This document shows, piece after piece, positions 1 through 9,751 of a stretch of DNA of 64,000 bases. Source of the DNA: Enterobacteria phage Aplg8; the sequence record NC_054902.1, one strand, 5' to 3'. The notes beneath the pieces are model-generated. The model saw only the letters and a program-made list of their open reading frames with translations, did no database searches and was not told the DNA's origin. The first letter of the stretch is position 1. Each line of letters opens with the position of its first letter. A program made the position numbers and the translations under genes.

Positions 1-219
1 AATATTACCGCCGTAAAGGCCACGATAAAAACGAACTTGGAGGTCGTCTGTGATATTAGTTACACCGGTAACTCCTGAGGGAGCATAAGATAAAATCGCA
101 GCCAGTTCCATAGGAAGAATAGTAATACTATCGTCTTCCTGCGTCAGAACGTATACATTACCGCGTTTTTCGATAACTAGGTCACCGAACAAATCAGTTG
201 TTTCAATTACAGCTTTCAT
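1..219 (-). CDS. hypothetical protein, N-terminal 73 codons only (gene runs off the window start)
   Basis: Open frame on minus strand from ATG at 217-219 to position 1 with no stop; TAATG coupling to upstream ORF. Confidence 0.5.
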   Translation of the reverse strand, partial: MKAVIETTDLFGDLVIEKRGNVYVLTQEDDSITILPMELAAILSYAPSGVTGVTNITDDLQVRFYRGLYGGNI

Positions 220-220
220 A

Positions 221-406
221 TTATTTACCAATTAAAGTTTCAATATAAGAATCAAGATTTACTTTAGCTTCTTCCATAAGAGTTTTGTATTTAATCTTGT
301 TAGCATGTCCGGAGAAAGCTGATTCATCAATAATTGTTGATGTATGAACAGCTTTACTATACGTCTCAATTAATTCTCTTAATTTAAAAGCCTGCTCACT
401 TGTCAT
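221..406 (-). CDS. hypothetical protein (61 aa)
   Basis: ORF track; GAGGAG Shine-Dalgarno upstream of ATG at 404-406. Confidence 0.55.
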   Translation of the reverse strand: MTSEQAFKLRELIETYSKAVHTSTIIDESAFSGHANKIKYKTLMEEAKVNLDSYIETLIGK

Positions 407-538
407 TACATACTCCTCTGAATCATATCAATAATGTTGTTTACCAAATTATAAGTAAACATTGGGTAATTATATTGAATCATCACATACACAACAAACA
501 AAACTTTCATTCTCTTCTCCTTGGCAGTTGACAAGATT

Positions 539-568
539 ACTATACCATAACCTTGCCAACTTGTAAAC
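539..568 (-). promoter_or_regulatory. T4-type early (sigma70) promoter, -35 GTTTAC / -10 TATAGT
   Basis: Minus strand reads GTTTAC-N18-TGGTATAGT; same architecture recurs at six other sites in window. Confidence 0.45.
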
Positions 569-733
569 CATTAAATGACGTTTTCGATAAAATTCTGAAG
601 CTTTGTATGAGCATCAACCATGATTTTCAATTCTTCTTTAGCGAAAGCCGTACCTCTTTCCCGAGCAGAATACTCATAGTCAGAAACTGCATTAGCATAT
701 TCTTCAATTAGTTTCATTAAAAACATCTGCTTT

Positions 734-928
734 TCAGTTTTCATTATTCCACCTAATCATTTCAAGATATTGAACTAACTTAGCTTTAGATTTATCCAAA
801 TCCTTTTTAGCTGCTTCTATACCGTCGTATGAATATCCTTCACAATGCTCAACTGCTAATTGGTATGAATCTATTTCAATATCACGTGCTAATTTAATGA
901 TTTTTTCAAACTGTTCGCGTGTTAGCAT
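734..928 (-). CDS. hypothetical protein (64 aa)
   Basis: ORF track; co-directional early gene block. Confidence 0.5.
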   Translation of the reverse strand: MLTREQFEKIIKLARDIEIDSYQLAVEHCEGYSYDGIEAAKKDLDKSKAKLVQYLEMIRWNNEN

Positions 929-930
929 AC

Positions 931-1134
931 TTAAACTCTCGTATTATGATCGATAATTTCATCAAGAAACATATCTAACGCTTCTAAAGCATTATCAACT
1001 TTAGCTTCAAGTTCATCAATACCTTTATTTGCAATGCCTGACGAAAACCAAGCAAAGTCACTAAGTTCCTCATCTGCTTTACGAATTAAAGCTACCAATT
1101 CCTTAATTTTATCCGCTTGTTCGATACTAATCAT
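931..1134 (-). CDS. hypothetical protein (67 aa from SD-preceded ATG)
   Basis: ORF track 931..1170; internal ATG at 1132-1134 preceded by GGTGGA and coupled (TGATG) to upstream stop. Confidence 0.5.
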   Translation of the reverse strand: MISIEQADKIKELVALIRKADEELSDFAWFSSGIANKGIDELEAKVDNALEALDMFLDEIIDHNTRV

Positions 1135-1367
1135 TATTCCACCACATATGAAAGAGAGAATATTGCACACGCCATGTGAGTTGCAACTTCATCACACATA
1201 TTATAACGTTTCTTAAGAAATTCTACAAGTTCTTCACTAGTAACTTCATCCATGTCGACGAAAAAATCACCATTAATGATGACGTAGATATTTCCTTCTT
1301 GATTGAGTGCTTCAATTTTCATGATGTTCTCCTCTTTATCCGATAGTTGTATAGTACCACAGCTCAA
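1134..1367 (-). CDS. hypothetical protein (77 aa)
   Basis: ORF track; early promoter directly upstream. Confidence 0.55.
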   Translation of the reverse strand: MSCGTIQLSDKEENIMKIEALNQEGNIYVIINGDFFVDMDEVTSEELVEFLKKRYNMCDEVATHMACAIFSLSYVVE

Positions 1368-1380
1368 ACGGAAAGTAAAC
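1351..1380 (-). promoter_or_regulatory. T4-type early promoter
   Basis: Minus strand GTTTAC-N18-TGGTACTAT immediately upstream of ORF starting at 1367. Confidence 0.45.
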
Positions 1381-1390
1381 CGGTAAAATG

Positions 1391-1412
1391 AAAAAAGTCT
1401 CCCGAAGGAGAC
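1391..1412 (-). terminator. rho-independent terminator
   Basis: Hairpin GTCTCC-CGAA-GGAGAC followed by T6 on minus strand, downstream of the 1418..1804 gene. Confidence 0.6.
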
Positions 1413-1417
1413 TAATG

Positions 1418-1804
1418 TTATTCGAGGGAAAGAAGATACTTACTCTGGTAAAACATTCCAGTAATATCATCTATCGTGCTTTGGATGGCTGGAGGCATTT
1501 CTTTATAAATGCTGTTAGATTGGTCTAGTATGTGATCAATCATTTTAATTGTGTCGGTAGGAAGTTTACTGGCATCTGGAATTGAAGGTGTGTATTTTCT
1601 ACCAGAATACCCCAAATATTGCTCACCAAATTTATCAATCAAATCTGGCAACTCGGAGAAAATAAAATCGTATGCTTTGTGTCTAGCATAACTTTTAGTT
1701 TCAAAATGTGCAGAATGAAAATAAGCTTGTGCAGCCATTAATAAACCTAAGTATTCATCTGCCTTTGAAGGTTTTCCACTTTGTGAAAAGTCGCTGAATT
1801 TCAT
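1418..1804 (-). CDS. hypothetical protein (128 aa), immediately downstream of rI
   Basis: ORF track; 4-nt overlap with rI stop. Confidence 0.6.
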   Translation of the reverse strand: MKFSDFSQSGKPSKADEYLGLLMAAQAYFHSAHFETKSYARHKAYDFIFSELPDLIDKFGEQYLGYSGRKYTPSIPDASKLPTDTIKMIDHILDQSNSIYKEMPPAIQSTIDDITGMFYQSKYLLSLE

Positions 1805-2094
1805 TCAGTCTCCAATTTAATGTTCATAATTCTAGCGTATGATTGTGCCATCTCCGCGCCTCGTTCTATACATTCAAAATCAGAAGAGCACGGGTCATTT
1901 TTATAGGTCGTTCTCATAAAACTATAGAATTGTTCAGACGATTCTACGCTTTTATTTTCAAAAAGCATATAAACGTGCCTAATACCAGATTCCATAAATT
2001 TATCAAAATGAGGATCGACATTCGCTTCAATCGATGGAGATAAAACAAATGACAATCCTAGCATGGCAAATAGTGCCGTTGCTTTTAAGGCCAT
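1801..2094 (-). CDS. rI: lysis inhibition regulator RI (97 aa, N-terminal signal-anchor)
   Basis: Translation MALKATALFAMLGLSFVLSPS... recognised as T4 RI; hydrophobic N-terminus, 97 aa. Confidence 0.75.
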   Translation of the reverse strand: MALKATALFAMLGLSFVLSPSIEANVDPHFDKFMESGIRHVYMLFENKSVESSEQFYSFMRTTYKNDPCSSDFECIERGAEMAQSYARIMNIKLETE

Positions 2095-2106
2095 AAAGGC
2101 CTCCTA

Positions 2107-2319
2107 TCATTTTTGTCCTGTATTTACTTTATGCCGATGCACGGCCTTAACTTTATCAAGGTATTTTTCAAAATTTCGCAATCTAGTATAGTCTGCCGGA
2201 GATTGGTTGAGTGATACTTCTCGACGCAAAGCTGAAATGATATTTCCAACTTCCCTACGAATTTCATCTAATTGAAGCACAGTAAGATTGCGAAGTTGCT
2301 TTTCAGTTAATTGTAGCAT
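2107..2319 (-). CDS. hypothetical protein (70 aa) between tk and rI
   Basis: ORF track; position matches T4 rI.-1. Confidence 0.6.
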
Positions 2320-2361
2320 ATATACCCCTTTAGTTAGATAAACCTATTTATAACTTTTGCA

Positions 2362-2943
2362 CTAACCAAGCTTTTTAGTTAATTCATTCCAATGTTTTCT
2401 GCACAAAGAAACATAAATTTCATCACCAATACAGATTTGATTACCTTCTTTAACTGGTGTTCCATCTTCCATTAATCGAGCTGTCATAATCGCTTTTTTG
2501 CCGCAATGACAAACTGCCTTTAGTTCAATAAGTTTATCTGCAATCGCTAAAAGTTCTTTAGAACCTTCAAACAATTTTCCAGCGAAATCAGTCCTTAATC
2601 CATAAGCCATAACAGGAACATTATATGTATCAACAATTCGGCTTAATTGGTGCACCTGTTCAGTTTTTAAAAACTGAGCTTCATCTACAAATACGCAATG
2701 AATATCTTTTTGTGCTTCAGCCCATTTATAGAACTCGAAAATATCCATATCATCTGTAATAATATTCGCTTCCTGTTTAATTCCAATGCGAGAAACAACT
2801 TCACAGACAGAATCGCGAGTATCAATAGCAGGCTTAAGAACTAATACACTCATTCCACGTTCTTTATAATTATGTGCAGCAGTCAAAAGAGAAGCAGATT
2901 TTCCAGCATTCATTGCTGCATAAGTAAAAATTAAACTCGCCAT
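2362..2943 (-). CDS. tk: thymidine kinase
   Basis: 193 aa; P-loop NAGKSASL, CxxC...CxxC zinc motif, typical type II TK. Confidence 0.95.
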   Translation of the reverse strand: MASLIFTYAAMNAGKSASLLTAAHNYKERGMSVLVLKPAIDTRDSVCEVVSRIGIKQEANIITDDMDIFEFYKWAEAQKDIHCVFVDEAQFLKTEQVHQLSRIVDTYNVPVMAYGLRTDFAGKLFEGSKELLAIADKLIELKAVCHCGKKAIMTARLMEDGTPVKEGNQICIGDEIYVSLCRKHWNELTKKLG

Positions 2944-2952
2944 ATCACCTTC

Positions 2953-3138
2953 TTAAAACGTATTCACATAAGCTATTAATTCATTTTCTTTCTTATCAAA
3001 CCGATCAGCAAATTCTTCCTGCTGTTCGGGAGATAGCGGGCCGTATTCATCATAAAAGGTGTTTGCTTCTGCATGCTCATCTAGAAGTTCATGGATAAGC
3101 TCAAACAATTTATCTTTTTGTTCTTTGCTTAGGCTCAC
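2953..3138 (-). CDS. hypothetical acidic protein (61 aa)
   Basis: ORF track; tightly packed upstream of tk. Confidence 0.55.
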   Translation of the reverse strand: MSLSKEQKDKLFELIHELLDEHAEANTFYDEYGPLSPEQQEEFADRFDKKENELIAYVNTF

Positions 3139-3307
3139 AGTATGTCAATCCCCAAAAGTTTTAAAATGACTCGTTTCTGATTCATAACCGCTACGATTGA
3201 ATGACCGTTGGGGTCTTTTTGACCCGATCCAATTATAAATCCTTTTTGTGCAGAAAGTTCAATCAAAACATCAAGTTCACGTAATAATTGATATTTTAAA
3301 TCATCAT

Positions 3308-3535
3308 TCATTTTGGTTTACCTTCTTTAACGAAATCAGGATAAGGATAAAATCCCGAATAAAATCCTTCACCTTTATGATTGATGCATCCTTTATTAGA
3401 ACAATAGCACCAATAATCGAAATCACAAGCCATTTCATCATTACATAAAGCAAAAACAACAGGCCACTTACACTTTTCACAGTGGGCATTTTTAAGAATA
3501 CTAGTTTGGCTCATAACCATGTAACCTTTAAGCAA
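3308..3535 (-). CDS. hypothetical Cys-rich small protein (75 aa or shorter)
   Basis: ORF track; about nine Cys including CEKC and CYC motifs. Confidence 0.5.
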   Translation of the reverse strand: MLKGYMVMSQTSILKNAHCEKCKWPVVFALCNDEMACDFDYWCYCSNKGCINHKGEGFYSGFYPYPDFVKEGKPK

Positions 3536-3723
3536 TATTCTTCTACATGTTGTTTACGACCTTTCTTATCAATAAAGGTATATTCAACGAATGTTCCAAT
3601 GTAGTCTTTATCTACATCATGTGGACTATTAATTGGACATTTAGTACGGCAAATGCGTTCCCATTGACGAATAATTTCCACTTTGTTTTTAGGATCAAAC
3701 GGATGTGGGTAATGTACTTTCAT
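3511..3723 (-). CDS. hypothetical protein (70 aa)
   Basis: ORF track. Confidence 0.5.
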   Translation of the reverse strand: MKVHYPHPFDPKNKVEIIRQWERICRTKCPINSPHDVDKDYIGTFVEYTFIDKKGRKQHVEEYCLKVTWL

Positions 3724-4174
3724 AATCCACCACTATTAAATCAATATCAGGAGTAAACATGTCGATTAATTTAGAAACCTTATCCCAATCGCCGCCAGCA
3801 ATACCACAACCTATGCGTGGAATGTAAATTACTGGTTTAAACAAAAGGGTTTCTGCCTGTAGATTTAATTCTATCATGCAGTTTACTAAAGCACCATAAT
3901 CAAGATTAGGACCTGGTTCGTATTGCGTATACAAGTTATAACATATGCCAAAACCATTAGGTTTATGTTTAAAAACAATAGACATATCGCCTAATTTATC
4001 ACGAGAACCGTACTCAGTAGTGGTTTTATCTATTTCTAAAATTTTGGGATAGGCTCTTGCTAATTGACCAGCTACACCACTGCCCATTGTATGAAAACAG
4101 TTACACCCATGCGCAATAATATTACCTTCAAGAAAGAGGGCGACAATATCGCCCTTGATATATTTTACAATCAT
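3695..4174 (-). CDS. macro domain (ADP-ribose binding/processing) protein
   Basis: 159 aa; motifs GDIV...NIIAHGCNC...GSGVAGQL and IPRIGCGIAGGDWDKV match macro-domain signature. Confidence 0.75.
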   Translation of the reverse strand: MIVKYIKGDIVALFLEGNIIAHGCNCFHTMGSGVAGQLARAYPKILEIDKTTTEYGSRDKLGDMSIVFKHKPNGFGICYNLYTQYEPGPNLDYGALVNCMIELNLQAETLLFKPVIYIPRIGCGIAGGDWDKVSKLIDMFTPDIDLIVVDYESTLPTSV

Positions 4175-4512
4175 CTAGTACTCAATCCTCGATTATAAGA
4201 ATCTACCAAACGGTTAACCATTGAATGACAAGCGGCTTTATCTTTTTCCTCCGCAACTGAACATTCTAAGGTATTCCACTTTTTAGCATATCGTTTTAAC
4301 AATGTATCGTTTTTGTATCTGCTTGATTTATCTCTTTCTCCGTCTTTATATGCATATATTAATTTCTGCGCAAATTCAGCTTGGCATGCTTTATTTTTCC
4401 CGCAATAATCCGCTGCAGTACGGTTTACATACTCTCTAATTTCAGTATATGATGTATCTGCTAACGCAGAAAATGAAATTAATCCTATACATAAAACCAA
4501 AATTTTAGTCAT
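4171..4512 (-). CDS. secreted Cys-containing protein (113 aa)
   Basis: N-terminal signal peptide MTKILVLCIGLISFSALA; four Cys in mature part; 4-nt overlap with macro gene. Confidence 0.65.
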   Translation of the reverse strand: MTKILVLCIGLISFSALADTSYTEIREYVNRTAADYCGKNKACQAEFAQKLIYAYKDGERDKSSRYKNDTLLKRYAKKWNTLECSVAEEKDKAACHSMVNRLVDSYNRGLSTR

Positions 4513-5050
4513 TTACTATTTCCAAAAGTTTATTATTTTTAAGGTAATTAGCCTTTTCTAGGACTTCAGAAGCATATTTAGAACCTGCTTTAACATTCCA
4601 TCCCGAATTATAAGAGGATATTGCTTTTCTTATATCGCCCTTATGTATATTTAACCAATAAGAAAGTTCAATGTACGCCCAGGAAGCTGAATTGGACCGT
4701 TTATTCAACATTCTTTTTATTTCAGCATCGGTCATATTATAACCAAGTTCCTTAACTCTTGCTCGCATAGTAGGCAAATAATTTTGGAACATTCCGTAGG
4801 CGTGATGCTTTGGTTTAGATTTTAAATTAACTCCGCCAGAGCTTTCTTGCCATAAAATGGCAGCCATTATATGACCTAATCCGCTCTTGTGGATATTTTT
4901 GTGTGTTTTATATTTTCCATCCTTAGAAAATTGTTCCCCGAATTGATACGCGTAACGCATGTTATCGAGTTGGACATTACTGAAAGTATGCTCGGAGCTA
5001 TGTGCCATCATTGAAATGGCCAATAGACCAGCGAGTAGTGCTTTTCTCAT
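4505..5050 (-). CDS. secreted lytic transglycosylase (SLT) domain protein
   Basis: 181 aa; signal peptide MRKALLAGLLAISMMAHS; SLT motif WQESSG...AYGMFQ. Confidence 0.7.
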   Translation of the reverse strand: MRKALLAGLLAISMMAHSSEHTFSNVQLDNMRYAYQFGEQFSKDGKYKTHKNIHKSGLGHIMAAILWQESSGGVNLKSKPKHHAYGMFQNYLPTMRARVKELGYNMTDAEIKRMLNKRSNSASWAYIELSYWLNIHKGDIRKAISSYNSGWNVKAGSKYASEVLEKANYLKNNKLLEIVND

Positions 5051-5057
5051 GTTTACC

Positions 5058-5519
5058 TCATTGAGTTTTAATTACTGCTTTAGAAGCCTTTCCTGGTAAA
5101 CGACGACTGTTGATAATTGCCATCCTGCATTGAAGTGACGGGTTTTTGAACTTCTCATTAGGCTTACAAACTGTAAATCCAAGCCAAAGATTTCCATCTG
5201 TGATTTCTAAACGTCCAGGACGATATTCAACCCCATCAATAAAATCCTCGTCAATGTCAGGACGCGGAGGCATACTCAGGAATTCATTAACTTCTAAAAC
5301 ATGGTCTTTTATTTTATGGAATAATTCAAAAACGTATGTCTCATCAATCTCCCGTTGAATTGCACGATCAAGAAGATGCTGAGAATATTTTAGATGAAAC
5401 GATGAGACCCCTGCTGCTTTTGACGCCTCACGAATCTCATTGTTAATTTGACGAAACTCCGACTCAAAGTGACGACGAAGCTTATTTCGACGGATAAAAA
5501 CTTCTGTATTGATAGTCAT
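5058..5519 (-). CDS. regB: RegB site-specific endoribonuclease
   Basis: 153 aa; translation MTINTEVFIRRNKLRRHFE... recognised as T4 RegB. Confidence 0.85.
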   Translation of the reverse strand: MTINTEVFIRRNKLRRHFESEFRQINNEIREASKAAGVSSFHLKYSQHLLDRAIQREIDETYVFELFHKIKDHVLEVNEFLSMPPRPDIDEDFIDGVEYRPGRLEITDGNLWLGFTVCKPNEKFKNPSLQCRMAIINSRRLPGKASKAVIKTQ

Positions 5520-5546
5520 GTTATTCTCCTCTTAACTGATAGAAAA

Positions 5547-5576
5547 ATTATACCACAGTCAAGAGGAAAAGTAAAC
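5547..5576 (-). promoter_or_regulatory. T4-type early promoter for regB
   Basis: Minus strand GTTTAC...TTGACTGTGGTATAAT with extended -10 TGnTATAAT, about 30 nt upstream of regB ATG. Confidence 0.6.
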
Positions 5577-5578
5577 AG

Positions 5579-5899
5579 TTATTCTTTAAATCTAATCAAT
5601 TTATTCATAGACTTTGAAACTTCGGCACGAACCTCATGTAGATTTTTGAGCTGTTCAAGACGCTGCGTATAGTAAGCAATTTCATCTTCTTCGAGACAGT
5701 CCTGCGAATCTTCTTTAAGATAACGTGCATAGTCCTGAAAAGCGTTACGGATTACTTCTTGGAAGTCATCAAGACTTTGAATTTTCTTAGGAGCGGCAGA
5801 TACACGACGAGGTGCAGTATAATACTCATAACCAAACCCTGCGCTTAATTGAGCCATTAGTATTTTTCCTCTGGTTGGAACACTGCACGACAAGCCCAC
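5579..5899 (-). CDS. hypothetical protein (up to 106 aa)
   Basis: ORF track. Confidence 0.5.
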   Translation of the reverse strand: MGLSCSVPTRGKILMAQLSAGFGYEYYTAPRRVSAAPKKIQSLDDFQEVIRNAFQDYARYLKEDSQDCLEEDEIAYYTQRLEQLKNLHEVRAEVSKSMNKLIRFKE

Positions 5900-6159
5900 A
5901 TACTGGCTTCTTTGAGTTTCGTTTTAGCAATAGTTAACTGATCGAGGCTTTCGGCGTAATTCTTCGCGAGTTCATCATCTTCACAGCTATCAAATGCTTC
6001 CCAAAATTCATCGTATAAAGCATCAAAGATAAGTCCTAAACGAACTTCAGCGTCTTTAATAGCATTTACTTTACCGATTTTTTCGTCGGTATGTGGCTTA
6101 TAACCTTTAATATCTTCAATCATATTTGACTTCCTCACCAGTGCATAAATCATATTCAA
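5857..6159 (-). CDS. hypothetical protein (up to 100 aa)
   Basis: ORF track. Confidence 0.5.
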   Translation of the reverse strand: MNMIYALVRKSNMIEDIKGYKPHTDEKIGKVNAIKDAEVRLGLIFDALYDEFWEAFDSCEDDELAKNYAESLDQLTIAKTKLKEASMWACRAVFQPEEKY

Positions 6160-6337
6160 CTAAACGAATAGGTTCATGAATGCCATATCCTTGAACAGAA
6201 ATTTCTGTCGTAGGATAAATTCCATCAATATCACCCATATTCCAGGCTTCATTAAATTGCTGTTCGCCTGAATTACTAAACCATTCTGCGAAAGCATTTA
6301 GCACATCTTTAGAACCTTCAATAATTATCTTTGCCAT
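6116..6337 (-). CDS. hypothetical protein (73 aa)
   Basis: ORF track. Confidence 0.5.
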   Translation of the reverse strand: MAKIIIEGSKDVLNAFAEWFSNSGEQQFNEAWNMGDIDGIYPTTEISVQGYGIHEPIRLVEYDLCTGEEVKYD

Positions 6338-6699
6338 TACAGACTCTCAGTAAAGGTACGAGCGATAACGTCGCGCTGCTGTTCCGGAGTCAGAGAGTTA
6401 AAGCGAACTGCATAACCGGATACACGGATGGTCAGCTGCGGATATTTTTCCGGATGCTTAACTGCATCTTCCAGAGTTTCACGACGCAGAACGTTAACGT
6501 TCAGGTGTTGACCACCTTCAATTTTAACTGTAGGCTGTGGCTCAATTTCAATTTCACGGGCATGCAAACCGTAGAAAATTTCTGGGTCTACAAAAGAGTC
6601 CTCTTTAAAGGTTTTAGAGACAATAATTCGTGCTTGAATACCATCTTCAAAATAAATAGTGCCTTTGTGTGTGCCTTCAAGAATTTGATATGCTTTCAT
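6337..6699 (-). CDS. autonomous glycyl-radical domain protein (GrcA/YfiD-like)
   Basis: 120 aa; C-terminal [24 protein letters not shown] matches glycyl radical signature RVSGY. Confidence 0.8.
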   Translation of the reverse strand: MKAYQILEGTHKGTIYFEDGIQARIIVSKTFKEDSFVDPEIFYGLHAREIEIEPQPTVKIEGGQHLNVNVLRRETLEDAVKHPEKYPQLTIRVSGYAVRFNSLTPEQQRDVIARTFTESL

Positions 6700-6706
6700 A
6701 TAAACC

Positions 6707-7087
6707 TCAATTAGAAAATAAATTTATCCAAGATTGTTCTTTAATTAAAAATGGCTCAGAATCATATGCCATTAAACTCTGTGTGATTAGTCCTTTAAAA
6801 GGACCATCAATAAATTCCATGGTAAAATATGGAATTTTATTCATTAGCCGTGCATTAGGAGCAGTACACAAAACTCTGCATCCTTTGAATACGCCTTTTT
6901 GTAATTTGTATTGCTTAGGATAAAATTCGCTCAAGACGTTGTTATTTGCCAAAATTTCAAAATGATTTACCAATTTATTTTTAATAGTTTTTGGCGAAAA
7001 ATAAAGATATTCGAAAAGCTGAGTGTCTGTCATCATTGCATTCCGATTACGAAAAACTGTGGACGAGTAATACCACCAATACAACAT
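6707..7087 (-). CDS. hypothetical protein (126 aa or shorter)
   Basis: ORF track; likely true start at internal Met near 7036. Confidence 0.5.
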   Translation of the reverse strand: MLYWWYYSSTVFRNRNAMMTDTQLFEYLYFSPKTIKNKLVNHFEILANNNVLSEFYPKQYKLQKGVFKGCRVLCTAPNARLMNKIPYFTMEFIDGPFKGLITQSLMAYDSEPFLIKEQSWINLFSN

Positions 7088-7620
7088 TTACTATTACAGC
7101 AGTAGTGTACAGTGTCAATATGGACACTATAAATCTTATCCATATCAGGAGATTTGACAGGCTCATCAATTATATACAAAATTCGCGAAAGCGATAAACC
7201 TCTGAACTTGCTTCCTTTATTACCAATAAAACTGCGCACAGAATCAGTAAATAAACGAAAACGTATATCATCATTAGAATAACGCGAAAATTCCTTTTTA
7301 ATGTTATTTGCAGAAATTTTAGCGTAAGCTGAAGTATTAGAAAGAACGATAACTGTTCCGCCATCATACAACCAATTAGCAGCAAAGTTAGTCACAGCAA
7401 TTGATTTACCGGATTGACGTCCACCATCTAGTCGAAGTGTGCAATACTGTTTAAGTAATTCTTCAAATGGCGGGATATATTCGTTTTTACAAATTTCTTC
7501 TACTCTAGCATCAGAATGGTGTGTAAAAGCATTCATCAGGGATAGATAAGGACCAGTTAAAAATGTTCTCATTTTATTCTCTCTAGGTTTGGGCCATTCC
7601 GTGGCGCATGAATTGTCCAT
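7033..7620 (-). CDS. P-loop NTPase with C-terminal Cys cluster
   Basis: Walker A GGRQSGKS, Walker B ILYIIDEP, C-terminal HYCCNSKCC; no T4 counterpart recognised. Confidence 0.7.
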   Translation of the reverse strand: MDNSCATEWPKPRENKMRTFLTGPYLSLMNAFTHHSDARVEEICKNEYIPPFEELLKQYCTLRLDGGRQSGKSIAVTNFAANWLYDGGTVIVLSNTSAYAKISANNIKKEFSRYSNDDIRFRLFTDSVRSFIGNKGSKFRGLSLSRILYIIDEPVKSPDMDKIYSVHIDTVHYCCNSKCCIGGITRPQFFVIGMQ

Positions 7621-7725
7621 TTCTGTATTTACCCATTACCGCACTTGGACTCGACCTTATTACAGGTTGGCGGGAATCCCTCACAGAATCATGAGGTCCA
7701 GGTTGTTCCCATATTTCTTATTTGC

Positions 7726-8199
7726 TTATTTGAACGATTTAACGTACTGAATAGAACCTTTACTATTCACAAAGGCAATTTTACCATTTTTATTATACAT
7801 TGTAGCAGTACGTTGATAGCCATAAGTTTGTTTACCAGATTGATAACCAACTAATGCAAAATTATCTTCACCCATTTTATTCTGTTTAGCGCGAATGCGT
7901 TCATGGCCATGTGCCATAAGAACCTTAGCATCACCTGTTGCAATGGATCGACGAGTTTTTTCATCTTCAACTGTATTAACAAAGTTGTCAAATGAATCAA
8001 ATTTAGCATGAGATTTATTATACAGTTTTCCATCTACTGCATAATTATATCCCTGCACATCCATCTCAACTTCTGTACCATCATCCAATACAGCAGTGAT
8101 TTTTTGACCTTTTTTAAATTTCAAAAGATCAGTAAAAGATTCAGCAATAATTTGAGAATTAATAGCTGCTTCAGTAATAAATTCTTGATATGTTTTCAT
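7726..8199 (-). CDS. capsid internal protein (CTS-bearing), at the ipIII position
   Basis: 157 aa; N-terminal MKTYQEFITEA capsid-targeting sequence; directly downstream of e. Confidence 0.75.
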   Translation of the reverse strand: MKTYQEFITEAAINSQIIAESFTDLLKFKKGQKITAVLDDGTEVEMDVQGYNYAVDGKLYNKSHAKFDSFDNFVNTVEDEKTRRSIATGDAKVLMAHGHERIRAKQNKMGEDNFALVGYQSGKQTYGYQRTATMYNKNGKIAFVNSKGSIQYVKSFK

Positions 8200-8259
8200 G
8201 TGTATCCTTTAAATGTAAAAATTTTAATTAATAATTTGGCTCTTCAAATAACTGTGAAT

Positions 8260-8289
8260 ATACTATCACAATTCTAGGAGAAAGTAAAC
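8260..8289 (-). promoter_or_regulatory. T4-type early promoter
   Basis: Minus strand GTTTAC-N18-TGTGATAGTAT upstream of internal protein gene. Confidence 0.45.
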
Positions 8290-8293
8290 AACT

Positions 8294-9262
<969 letters not shown>

Positions 9263-9281
<19 letters not shown>

Positions 9282-9751
9282 TCGGTGATAAAATTATTTA
9301 AATTTTGAGTATATTTCTTTTCATCAAAAATCTTTTGCTGCCTACGTAAACGCCATGGCATTTCAATGAACACGCACCATATTCCTGATAGTACTGCTGC
9401 TGTAAAAATATTAACAAGTATAATTAAAAGAATCCAATCTTCCGTTCTGCCTACTGGACTTTCTCCAAAGAAGCAAAATACAAATGATGTCACAGGAAAA
9501 CTAATAATATACCACAGAATCATAATCTTATCTGTGAACCAATCAGTGTTCGTTAATTTAGCGCGACCATTATGAATACACACGAATTTATCATCTGTTG
9601 CAGTAGATGGCTTAACTGGTTGATATCCCATTCTAAACTCCCTAATCAGCAAATTTTTCATATCTTCGGAACAGCCATTCCAGTCAACTCTATCAACTGA
9701 AATGCCATCATCCCCATCATCTAAATCATACCAGCGAGTTTTTAAAATCAT
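9263..9751 (-). CDS. small membrane protein, paralog family member (162 aa)
   Basis: Two hydrophobic helices; C-terminal NNFITECRKLK motif shared with neighbours. Confidence 0.65.

Noticed and set aside
5058-8199. A denV (endonuclease V) gene in the regB-to-e interval
   Set aside because: None of the ORFs there resembles T4 DenV as I recall it; the gene appears absent from this window rather than mis-annotated.
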